Origin: a virus
Lineage: Duplodnaviria > Caudoviricetes
Virus record (IMG/VR): IMGVR_UViG_3300048998_000066
Location: 1-41,951 of that record
DNA length: 41,951 bases
Direction: 5' to 3' (one strand)
Shown here piece by piece: positions 1-6,880 of the stretch. The notes under the pieces were generated by a model that was not told where the DNA came from, searched no databases, and was given only the letters and a program-made list of their open reading frames with translations. Numbering within the stretch: position 1 is the first letter of the stretch; every line of letters begins with the position of its first letter. Position numbers and translations under genes: made by a program.

Positions 1-149
1 CGGCAGTACCGGTCGCCCCGATGATATGTACTACCTTTAAAGAAAGTGTGGTGGGGTTCATACCCCAACAGGGGTTTAGTCCTGTCTAGCCTTCCGCCGA
101 AGCAAACGACCTCCGCAAAGATATGAACCCCATAAACAACTATATAGAA
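1..149. repeat. Terminal direct repeat (copy of 41791-41951, lacking 12 bp); circular assembly overlap
   Basis: 1-149 matches 41791-41951 except that GTCTGCCATATG is missing after position 28; the exact match 24-149 = 41826-41951 is 126 bp. Confidence 0.95.
49..131 (-). ncRNA. Candidate structured RNA with a tRNA-like acceptor end (83 nt)
   Basis: Minus strand GGGGTTCATA...TATGAACCCC-ACCA; internal cUUCGg hairpin and ACAGG/CCTGT hairpin; intergenic. Confidence 0.5.
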
Positions 150-152
150 GTA

Positions 153-189
153 TGGCGGGGGAGGTATCTGAGAGCTAGCGCCCTCCCCC
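153..189 (-). ncRNA. Candidate minihelix RNA or hairpin ending in GCCA
   Basis: Minus strand GGGGGAGG-N17-CCTCCCCC-GCCA. Confidence 0.3.
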
Positions 190-224
190 GTTACGCCGTA
201 CGCCTACCTAACCAGGAAGGTCCC

Positions 225-614
225 TCAGATAATGGGCGCCGTAGTCGCCGTCGCCGCCGGGGCCGCGCCGCCGATACCGAAGCGCGCCAGGACACCTTGG
301 AACGCCGTGTACAGGGTTCCGTACTGATGCGGCTGCGCTTCCGGCAGGTTCGCCACGCCGTTTTCGCGCATGGCGACACCGAGCGCATCTTTGACGGCTT
401 GGTTCGAAATGTGCGGCATGATCAGATTGGTAAGCTGATCAGCGGTCACGCTGGATTGAGCGAGGGCCGGTGGGGTGGTCGGTACAAGTGCCGGAGCGGT
501 CACGTCTGGCGCGAGTTGCGAAACCAAAGTGCCGGTAGCATCCGTGGAGCCTTGCAGCAGGGCGTTCGCGGCGGCACGCAGGGCGGCGGCGAGTTGTTGC
601 GCGGTGATCGTCAT
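225..614 (-). CDS. Hypothetical replication-module protein (Ala/Pro linker plus small helical C-terminal domain)
   Basis: 129 aa ORF with AAGGAG RBS; position and size resemble the small proteins found beside DUF2800/DUF2815/PolA modules. Confidence 0.75.
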   Translation of the reverse strand: MTITAQQLAAALRAAANALLQGSTDATGTLVSQLAPDVTAPALVPTTPPALAQSSVTADQLTNLIMPHISNQAVKDALGVAMRENGVANLPEAQPHQYGTLYTAFQGVLARFGIGGAAPAATATTAPII

Positions 615-2837
615 TTACATATCTCCTTTAAAGTCTCTAGGTAGGGAGTACCCAGCCCGGCCCTGCACGATCAAGTTTTCAAACTTCATTGTGGTCAGTA
701 CCTGCGATATGCGTGAGCGGGATACATTGGGAAGTACCGACCCAAATTCGATTTGGGTCATGTACGGGTGCCGTTCAAGAAGCTTTAAGATAGCCGCCCG
801 AACATCTTGTTTCGCAGCCGGGAGCCATCCACCCCGTTCCGCGTCAAACGCCATGTCAAGTTCGAAGTCGTGCGGCACGTCGCGACCGGACAGCAGCAGC
901 TTGCGCTCCTCGCTTTCTTGCTGAATGCCGCGTTTGCCTTTGATACTCATAACGCCGTCAACGGAGCCGGTAATGCCGGCCGTGCCAGAGGCGTCCTCCA
1001 TGAAGTCGGCGCTTTCTTGCGATGCTTGACCTTTTTTCTCGTGGTGTACGATTAGCACGCAAACCTCACGCGCCGCCGCCATCCGAGTAATCGGCATCAT
1101 CTGATCCACGTCGCGCTGATACACGTCGCGATTATTCGATTGGTCGCGGAAGTGCGCGTACGTATCGATAATGATAAGGCGGGTTGAGGGATACATGTCT
1201 AGAAACCTTTCCAGAGCGTCAACGCCGGCTTGACCGCGCGGAAAAGCGTTATATGCCCGCTCCGCTTCTTCAGGGTTTGAAATGTACTCACGTCCAGTAG
1301 TCGGGCTGATATCAACTCCTCCCGTCCAGTATCGGAAACCTGATAGGTCAGGTGGATTAAGTTCCAGGGTTTGGAGAAGCTTAATACGTGCCTTGAGGCG
1401 GCGTTCGTTGTCTTCCAGACCGAGAAAAAGTACGTCCCCTTGATTGCACTTCCAATCGAGAAACTTTCGCCCGCCGCAAACGGCAAGGGCCAGTTGCAGC
1501 GCAAGGAAGGTTTTGCGCATCTTGGGTCGGGCCGCGAGAAGTATGGTGCCGGTTGGGAGTACATTGGGGATTACCCATTTTGGTTCTTTAAAGGTGCGTT
1601 TCTGTAGATCGGCCATAGAAGGGACGCGCCGGAAATCGTAAACCGGCTGCGTCGGTGTTGCACCAGGGAGTGTAGAGAGATCGCGGGTTCCGTCAAGCCC
1701 CACGCTCGATAAAATATCGAACTCCGAGAGTGGGACCTTTAAAGTATCGGCTAGGAGCCTAGCAGCTTTCGCCTTATCGCCGCCGGTAGTGAACTCTGCC
1801 ACAAGCGCGACAGGAGTACGTCGCCCCTCTGTCGCGTCACCCTGATCAGAAATGCCGAAGTACTTGATCCCGAGCGGTGGCGGGTGAATGGTAAGGTCTT
1901 CCTCGTAGTCAAGACCGAGATCGGCGCTCGCCACGCGAAAACCTTCTTTATACTCCCGCGCTGACGGGAAATAAACAGGTACCCATTCCTTAACACGTTC
2001 CAGCGCGTGACGATTGAGGCCACGGTATAGTTTCTCGTCATCAGGATACTCGCTCTTGCTTTTTGTGCCGCTACGTACCGTACTCAAAGCGCCTTGTGGG
2101 TGATACTTTAAATTAGTTATGTTGAACGCGACAATCTCAGCCAAAGTAAGTTTACGTCGAATGAACGCATCGGCGAGCATATGCGCCTTCCGATGGGGTC
2201 GAGTTGGTATGTTGTCGCCCTTTCTAGCCCAAGTACCGGGCACGCGGAAGATGCGGGCGGCGTTGAAACACGTTGTATCGACTTCGCAACCCAATGCCTT
2301 GAAGCGTCCATTAAGTGTTTTGAGGAATGTCGCGATAGCATCCCGTGCTTCCTCTGTGTTGGGCTCGTCCATCTCGTATAGCAGATGACAGCCGTTGCCG
2401 GATACGTTCTGGTAGGGCAGTGGCCAGCCGTACTCAAACTCAAGCATGTTCTTGACGATACAGCCAACTTTAAAGGCGTTCTCTAATTCTTCCTGTGTTG
2501 AACTAATCCCGCTCGGACGTATGGGGTCAATATCGATCAACAACCAACGGCGGCGCAGTATGTGATTATCCATCGTCGTGAGCGTTGCCCACGGGGATAT
2601 GCGATTGTATGAACGCGCAGCCAGATCGGGCGCGACGGGGTTGGGAGTGAAATATATGCCCGCGTAGCTGTCTTGCAAACCAGCTATGGCCGTGGCGGCG
2701 TGCACGGGGTCATTGAAGTACCCGGCGTCAATGCGCTTTTTGTTATGATGCAAGAGCCGTACTTCGAATACTTGTCCCGGTTCTACGAACGTCGAGAACG
2801 CGTACTCTAACTCTGCATAGTCGTGCTGTGATTGCAT
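615..2837 (-). CDS. Primase-helicase (N-terminal primase-polymerase-like domain, C-terminal RepA/AAA_25 helicase)
   Basis: LIDID, SGNGCHLLY and ARIFRVPGT primase-like motifs; Walker A-like ARPKMRKT, Walker B LIIIDT, IVHHEKK, SGTAGITGSVD; start taken at MQSQHD. Confidence 0.85.
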   Translation of the reverse strand: MQSQHDYAELEYAFSTFVEPGQVFEVRLLHHNKKRIDAGYFNDPVHAATAIAGLQDSYAGIYFTPNPVAPDLAARSYNRISPWATLTTMDNHILRRRWLLIDIDPIRPSGISSTQEELENAFKVGCIVKNMLEFEYGWPLPYQNVSGNGCHLLYEMDEPNTEEARDAIATFLKTLNGRFKALGCEVDTTCFNAARIFRVPGTWARKGDNIPTRPHRKAHMLADAFIRRKLTLAEIVAFNITNLKYHPQGALSTVRSGTKSKSEYPDDEKLYRGLNRHALERVKEWVPVYFPSAREYKEGFRVASADLGLDYEEDLTIHPPPLGIKYFGISDQGDATEGRRTPVALVAEFTTGGDKAKAARLLADTLKVPLSEFDILSSVGLDGTRDLSTLPGATPTQPVYDFRRVPSMADLQKRTFKEPKWVIPNVLPTGTILLAARPKMRKTFLALQLALAVCGGRKFLDWKCNQGDVLFLGLEDNERRLKARIKLLQTLELNPPDLSGFRYWTGGVDISPTTGREYISNPEEAERAYNAFPRGQAGVDALERFLDMYPSTRLIIIDTYAHFRDQSNNRDVYQRDVDQMMPITRMAAAREVCVLIVHHEKKGQASQESADFMEDASGTAGITGSVDGVMSIKGKRGIQQESEERKLLLSGRDVPHDFELDMAFDAERGGWLPAAKQDVRAAILKLLERHPYMTQIEFGSVLPNVSRSRISQVLTTMKFENLIVQGRAGYSLPRDFKGDM

Positions 2838-2894
2838 CCCCGACCCGACTTCACCCCTAGACCAGGGGGCCACCCCGATCTCTGCCGATCCCAG

Positions 2895-2924
2895 GGGCTA
2901 AGGTGCTTCGGGGGAGGCGTCAAG
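2895..2924 (-). promoter_or_regulatory. Sigma70-type promoter upstream of primase-helicase
   Basis: CTTGACG-17-TAGCCC; shares the spacer element CGAAGCACC with the promoter at 3062-3091. Confidence 0.5.
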
Positions 2925-2962
2925 CCGGGCCGTAGAGGGGGCCTGTGGACGCCTTGAGTGAC

Positions 2963-3001
2963 AAAAGGCCCCGGAGGTAGCCCGAGGGCGCTCCGGGGCC
3001 T
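2963..3001 (-). terminator. Rho-independent terminator
   Basis: GGCCCCGGAG/CTCCGGGGCC stem followed by TTTT on the minus strand. Confidence 0.75.
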
Positions 3002-3056
3002 CAGTGAGCCCGGCTAAGGCTCAGGGGTCAGGTCGTCAGCGGCAGGGCTGTGACGA
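2963..3056 (-). ncRNA. Candidate three-hairpin small RNA
   Basis: Lies between the promoter at 3062-3091 and the terminator; hairpins TCGTCA/TGACGA and TGAGCC/GGCTCA; no ORF. Confidence 0.4.
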
Positions 3057-3061
3057 AACCT

Positions 3062-3091
3062 CACCTAGGGTGCTTCGCTAGGGGGGTCAAG
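3062..3091 (-). promoter_or_regulatory. Sigma70-type promoter
   Basis: CTTGACC-17-TAGGTG with the CGAAGCACC spacer element. Confidence 0.5.
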
Positions 3092-3208
3092 CCATGTCGG
3101 GTCCATCCACGTCATGGACAGATGCCAGTGTTTTTTATACTTCGACCAGTCAAGGTTCAACCAGCCTACGCGTACTGACCATCCGTCACTGTGTACTTTA
3201 AAGTACAT
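3065..3208 (-). CDS. Small Trp-rich hypothetical protein (47 aa, MYFKVHSDGW...)
   Basis: Hand-translated; starts 2 nt after the upstream stop; below the ORF track cutoff. Confidence 0.5.
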   Translation of the reverse strand: MYFKVHSDGWSVRVGWLNLDWSKYKKHWHLSMTWMDPTWLDPPSEAP

Positions 3209-3209
3209 G

Positions 3210-3407
3210 TCAGATCAGCCAGAGCGCTACGTACTTCCGCGCCGCTGTTTCGCTTTCGAACTCTACCTCTGTGTGCTTCCATGTTGCGAAGTTCATTACT
3301 CGCACTCCCCAGAAGTCGGGTTCTTCAAGGGCACGTAGGACTACCCACATACCGGAGGGCGAAAGTGTGCCTTCATATTCATGCACTTTAAAGTTAGCGC
3401 GGGTCAT
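3210..3407 (-). CDS. Hypothetical protein
   Basis: Part of ORF 3210-3491; start chosen at MTRANF, overlapping the upstream stop; start uncertain. Confidence 0.55.
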   Translation of the reverse strand: MTRANFKVHEYEGTLSPSGMWVVLRALEEPDFWGVRVMNFATWKHTEVEFESETAARKYVALWLI

Positions 3408-3576
3408 CGCCGATGCACACGGCCCCAACCCGTCCGTTTTCAAAATGCCGCTGTCCTGCTTCCCACCATACCTGTTCAATAGGAAGTACATTGGCCTCTA
3501 CGACAAGAACAACCGGACGGTCGCCGTACGTCGTTTCGATCTCTTGAAGCTTGAGTATCAGAGAATGCAAGCGCAT
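3394..3576 (-). CDS. Hypothetical protein (60 aa)
   Basis: AAAGG RBS; tightly packed; typical small phage protein pattern LILKLQE...YGDRPV. Confidence 0.65.
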   Translation of the reverse strand: MRLHSLILKLQEIETTYGDRPVVLVVEANVLPIEQVWWEAGQRHFENGRVGAVCIGDDPR

Positions 3577-3588
3577 GTGCTTATACCT

Positions 3589-3756
3589 TTAAAGTTGTTC
3601 TGTCTTTTGCATGATGATGCGATCGTGTTCGTTCGGTACGGGCCTACATTGCGGGCAATGACGGATGATCGTCTCGCGGTGCCATATACCTGCCACGGTG
3701 AAGGACACCGAGCTAGTGACCGTATGCGTATTATGACAGTATCCACAATTCGGCAT
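3589..3756 (-). CDS. Small zinc-finger protein (55 aa)
   Basis: MPNCGYC...HCPQC; TAATG coupling with the upstream gene. Confidence 0.65.
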   Translation of the reverse strand: MPNCGYCHNTHTVTSSVSFTVAGIWHRETIIRHCPQCRPVPNEHDRIIMQKTEQL

Positions 3757-4034
3757 TACTTGTAATTCCCCATGGTGCTGTAGGGCTGCGGGTGTCGCCA
3801 GCCATTGGCGTGGGCGTACTCGTGATCGAGACAGCCCTTCTCGTCTTTCGGCGAGAGATTGCCCGGCATGATGATGACCTTGATACCCGGTACAAAGCAC
3901 GCCGTAGAGTGAGGTGCTTTAAAGTACGTGCAAATACGGGCCGATGTGGGGATATCCCTGGCCCAATGCACGATAACGTCAGTCGGGCGCGGCATGGTCG
4001 CGTAGATCGCGGGAGGGGCTTCGCACAGGGGCAT
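3756..4034 (-). CDS. Small HExxH (zincin-like) protein
   Basis: AAAGGA RBS before MPLCEA; motif LDHEYAHANGWRH. Confidence 0.65.
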   Translation of the reverse strand: MPLCEAPPAIYATMPRPTDVIVHWARDIPTSARICTYFKAPHSTACFVPGIKVIIMPGNLSPKDEKGCLDHEYAHANGWRHPQPYSTMGNYK

Positions 4035-4064
4035 ATTATGTTCCTTTGCAGGTGAGAGGGATAA

Positions 4065-4139
4065 TGGTGAGCACGGATGGAATTGAACCACCGACACGGG
4101 GTATGTAACACCCCTGTTCTACCGCTGAACTACGCGCCC
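4065..4139 (-). tRNA. trnV: tRNA-Val(UAC)
   Basis: Full 75-nt cloverleaf: GGGCGCG TA GTTC AGCGGTA GAAC A GGGGT GTTACAT ACCCC GTGTC GGTGG TTCAATT CCATC CGTGCTC ACCA. Confidence 0.93.
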
Positions 4140-4149
4140 GTAAAGTACT

Positions 4150-4338
4150 TTATTCGTCAGGGTACATACTGATGGACTTGCCGTTGCGCAACGCCCACCA
4201 CATGGTATTCGTGATCCAGTCGCGGAAGAACCGGTCGTTATGGTCGCCTGTCTTGTCGTGGATAGGCGGAAGGTCGGGGTCGTTGTCCTCACGTACCACA
4301 ACGCGAATGGGGCAGGGGGTGTTGGCCGGGGACGACAT
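4150..4338 (-). CDS. Hypothetical protein (62 aa)
   Basis: ORF fills the gap between the terminator and the tRNA. Confidence 0.6.
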   Translation of the reverse strand: MSSPANTPCPIRVVVREDNDPDLPPIHDKTGDHNDRFFRDWITNTMWWALRNGKSISMYPDE

Positions 4339-4381
4339 GATACTTATGCTCTGTTGAGGTTGTGGGGCTGGTGTCTACTTT

Positions 4382-4421
4382 AAAGCAAAGGGCCGTACGG
4401 GGTGACACTCCCGTACGGCCC
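4382..4421 (-). terminator. Rho-independent terminator
   Basis: 12-bp stem GGGCCGTACGGG/CCCGTACGGCCC then TTTGCTTT on the minus strand, downstream of 4458-5111. Confidence 0.75.
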
Positions 4422-4457
4422 CTCTCCGTGTCAATCCGGCTACGTCGAAACGCAGGC

Positions 4458-5111
4458 TTACAGGATCGAGGGGAGCTCGCTGGCCTTGCCGCCCAGGGCA
4501 GTGATGCCCAGCATGGCCTTGGCCGGATTGACGTACTTGGTATCGCGCATCTTTTCCAGATCAGCGCGGTTCGCACCTTGCTCGACCTTAGCGTCGATGA
4601 GCGCGTTCAGGTACGCAACGCCGTCCGCGCCGACTTCCTTCTTGGCAGACAGGAAGGTGAACTTCGGATCGGCAGCCTTGCGGCTGGCAAAGACTTCGCG
4701 AACAACCACGTCGGTGACGGTGGCAATCAGCGGGTCCTTCGTCTTGCGCGGCTTCGGTTCCGCGCCGACCTTGCGGACGTTCCCGGCGGTCAGATCGGCA
4801 ATGGCGCGGGTGTACGCGTCTTCGTAATCCGGCGCGGCGGGGCGGTCGCCTTCCGGCTTCGGCACGGCGGTTTGCAGCGCGTCGGCCTTCGTGGCTTCGT
4901 CGTACGCCTTCCAGGCGACGACCTTCTCGTCACGCTCGTATCGCGTGTGCACGCCGTTGAGGCGGTTCGCGATGTAGTTGCGCACGGCGCTCTTGAGGAA
5001 GTCCAGGCGCGTGTCGGCCGGGATCAGGGCGCAGTCGTACAGCCGCTTGCCTTCGAGATTGGGAAACTCGAATTCGGCGACGGAAGCGACGGGGGCGGGG
5101 GCTTCAGACAT
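4458..5111 (-). CDS. Hypothetical protein (217 aa), probably highly expressed
   Basis: AAAGGA RBS, own promoter and terminator, strongly GC3-biased codons like the capsid gene. Confidence 0.85.
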   Translation of the reverse strand: MSEAPAPVASVAEFEFPNLEGKRLYDCALIPADTRLDFLKSAVRNYIANRLNGVHTRYERDEKVVAWKAYDEATKADALQTAVPKPEGDRPAAPDYEDAYTRAIADLTAGNVRKVGAEPKPRKTKDPLIATVTDVVVREVFASRKAADPKFTFLSAKKEVGADGVAYLNALIDAKVEQGANRADLEKMRDTKYVNPAKAMLGITALGGKASELPSIL

Positions 5112-5158
5112 TGTAGGTTCCTTTATGGTTTGTGCCGTAATGGCAAATCAATGATGTG

Positions 5159-5187
5159 AGAATAATCGAGTACTAAAACAGGTCAAG
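5159..5187 (-). promoter_or_regulatory. Sigma70-type promoter
   Basis: CTTGACC-16-TATTCT. Confidence 0.6.
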
Positions 5188-5634
5188 CCCTTGAGGTAAA
5201 TTTTCTGAATTATTTCGCTCGGGTACTTTAAAGGGCATAGGCATGGCGGTTGTCCATTCATCGCCATGGCGTGCCATGTGGATAACCGTTGTCTTGGTGG
5301 TGGGGTCGTACTCGATCCGCAACACCGGCCTAGCGTTCTCTGGCGGGGAGACAAAAGGCAGGCCGGCGGCTTTAAGTCCTGCCAGCACTTGACTAAGCGC
5401 CCGGTATGCGCTCGCGACGAAATCGCCGAACGCAGCGCTCGTTTTGGAGAACGTGACCGTGAAGTCATCCGTCACCACACGGTAAACCACGCGAACCATG
5501 GTAGCGCGGGAGTTGAAATAGACTTCGGGATGCAAGCGAGTACCGGCTATAGTCGCACGCCAGTACTTGCGATCAATGACGCCATTGAACCCGTTGACCA
5601 GTTCGTCGGCGCGCATGAGGTTAGTCTGCGCCAT
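5173..5634 (-). CDS. Hypothetical protein (153 aa)
   Basis: AAAAGG RBS; C-terminus QGLDLF. Confidence 0.75.
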   Translation of the reverse strand: MAQTNLMRADELVNGFNGVIDRKYWRATIAGTRLHPEVYFNSRATMVRVVYRVVTDDFTVTFSKTSAAFGDFVASAYRALSQVLAGLKAAGLPFVSPPENARPVLRIEYDPTTKTTVIHMARHGDEWTTAMPMPFKVPERNNSENLPQGLDLF

Positions 5635-5800
5635 TTGGGAACGCCTTTTCTAGTTCTTCTATGGCGAGTTGAAAACCGCGTTCGCCTATAGAGGCGACGG
5701 TAATCATGTACGGAACACGAGCGGTGAGAGCGTCTAAACGCGCCCGCGTCTCGGGCTTCAACCACAACTGTACGTGATTGGCTTTGTCACGACGCGTCAC
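5621..5800 (-). CDS. Ribbon-helix-helix-like DNA-binding protein (59 aa)
   Basis: Hand-translated from GTG: MTRRDKANHVQLWLKPETRARLDALTARVPYMITVASIGERGFQLAIEELEKAFPNGAD; alternating beta strand followed by two helices. Confidence 0.6.
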   Translation of the reverse strand: MTRRDKANHVQLWLKPETRARLDALTARVPYMITVASIGERGFQLAIEELEKAFPNGAD

Positions 5801-5802
5801 CT

Positions 5803-6000
5803 TTAAAGCCTCTTAAGCGAACATTTGAGCCGAAGCCGGGTTAAGATAAACGACCACGCCACGCAAGCGCCAAACGCTTCATATGGCATGGAAGCGATGT
5901 GCAAATCCAGATTATCCAACACATGGGCTAACATTCTTACCCAGGTATCGAGGACCGACGTGCTTAAAAACAGTGCGGCGAAAAGTATGAAACGCGTCAT
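5803..6000 (-). CDS. Small membrane protein
   Basis: Two hydrophobic segments; AAAGGA RBS. Confidence 0.6.
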   Translation of the reverse strand: MTRFILFAALFLSTSVLDTWVRMLAHVLDNLDLHIASMPYEAFGACVAWSFILTRLRLKCSLKRL

Positions 6001-6025
6001 GTGCGTAATTCCTTTAAAGATTCCT

Positions 6026-6232
6026 TTAAAGTATGTCCGGCATGGCCGGGGATTTGCGAGGTATGGCTTCGTACCCGAACAGATCAGGGTAGTCGGTCGG
6101 CAGGGTTTGCCCGAACGCGCGTTCTAGCGTCTTGCGAGCGTCGACAAACAAGTGGGCGTTCATATGTCCGGTCATTACGCGGACGGTCGCGCTCACGTAC
6201 GATTGCAGCGCCGCTAGCTGCGCCGGGCTCAC
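6026..6232 (-). CDS. Hypothetical protein (68 aa)
   Basis: GTGA overlap with the upstream gene; ends MPDIL. Confidence 0.65.
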   Translation of the reverse strand: MSPAQLAALQSYVSATVRVMTGHMNAHLFVDARKTLERAFGQTLPTDYPDLFGYEAIPRKSPAMPDIL

Positions 6233-6486
6233 CCGAACACCGCGCTCGCGATTGAGGTGCTAAGCATGATCACGATGCAAAAGACGCCGTAGAACACTAC
6301 GCACCCGACGATAGCCCAAAACACCTTAACCCAACGCGGCGTGGGGCCATCGTCGGGGCGTTCGGGCGGCATATATACGCTACCGCGCAAGGGGCCACTA
6401 AGCGGGTACTCGGCCGGGCTGGCGGGCCAGGGGCGGCCGGCGTTAAAGCCTGGCTCTAGGTGGCGTTGGGTGACGGGATCGGTCAT
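6229..6486 (-). CDS. Small membrane protein
   Basis: C-terminal hydrophobic helix VFWAIVGCVVFYGVFCIVIML; ATGA coupling. Confidence 0.7.
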   Translation of the reverse strand: MTDPVTQRHLEPGFNAGRPWPASPAEYPLSGPLRGSVYMPPERPDDGPTPRWVKVFWAIVGCVVFYGVFCIVIMLSTSIASAVFG

Positions 6487-6713
6487 TGGTCGCCCCCATA
6501 CATGACCTTGTGAAAATCATAGTTGGCGGCAAATTCCACGCTGGCCAGCGTGAGGCTCGGCGGTTCGCTATCGCACCCGCGCCGCTTAGCGGCGTACTTC
6601 GACACCTTGGGCGCACCTTGGGCGCGCTTCTCCGCGCGGGCGAGGGCGTTCTTGAGATTGCGACGGGAGGCTTTCATGGCCGCTCCTATGGGTGAGGGTT
6701 GGGATTGTTGCAC
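6483..6713 (-). CDS. Hypothetical basic protein
   Basis: 76 aa K/R-rich ORF in the tightly packed operon. Confidence 0.6.
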   Translation of the reverse strand: MQQSQPSPIGAAMKASRRNLKNALARAEKRAQGAPKVSKYAAKRRGCDSEPPSLTLASVEFAANYDFHKVMYGGDQ

Positions 6714-6880
6714 GTTGGCTTTTCTTCGTCAACAGCCCAAATCATACTGCACTGGCTGCAACGGTACTCATCTTGGCTATGGCGCATCGGGGGTGGGCAG
6801 GTAACGGGCGCGGAGAGTACTTTTTTAGGTTCAGGATACTTGTCTCGCCATGCCTTTAAAGCTTCTTCAAACTTAGTCAA
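6686..6880 (-). CDS. Hypothetical Cys-containing protein
   Basis: C...CSQC...C pattern; TTG start overlapping the upstream stop. Confidence 0.6.
   Translation of the reverse strand: MTKFEEALKAWRDKYPEPKKVLSAPVTCPPPMRHSQDEYRCSQCSMIWAVDEEKPTCNNPNPHP

Noticed and set aside
95-125. GCAAAC...CGCAAAG resembling a c-di-GMP-I riboswitch on the plus strand
   Set aside because: No P2 stem with GNRA loop between the words, and wrong strand relative to neighbouring genes
1-149. Biological direct terminal repeat
   Set aside because: It cuts through a gene start in the replication operon and has k-mer-like length, so it is more likely an assembly overlap
49-224. Permuted two-piece tmRNA
   Set aside because: No G3-U70 pair, no canonical T-loop, no tag reading frame, and too short
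3030-3060. Hammerhead ribozyme (CTGACGA and GAAA words)
   Set aside because: The two core elements lie on opposite strands; this is a simple hairpin
4362-5159. 265-aa plus-strand ORF
   Set aside because: Antisense shadow of the GC3-biased gene 4458-5111; no RBS and opposes operon direction
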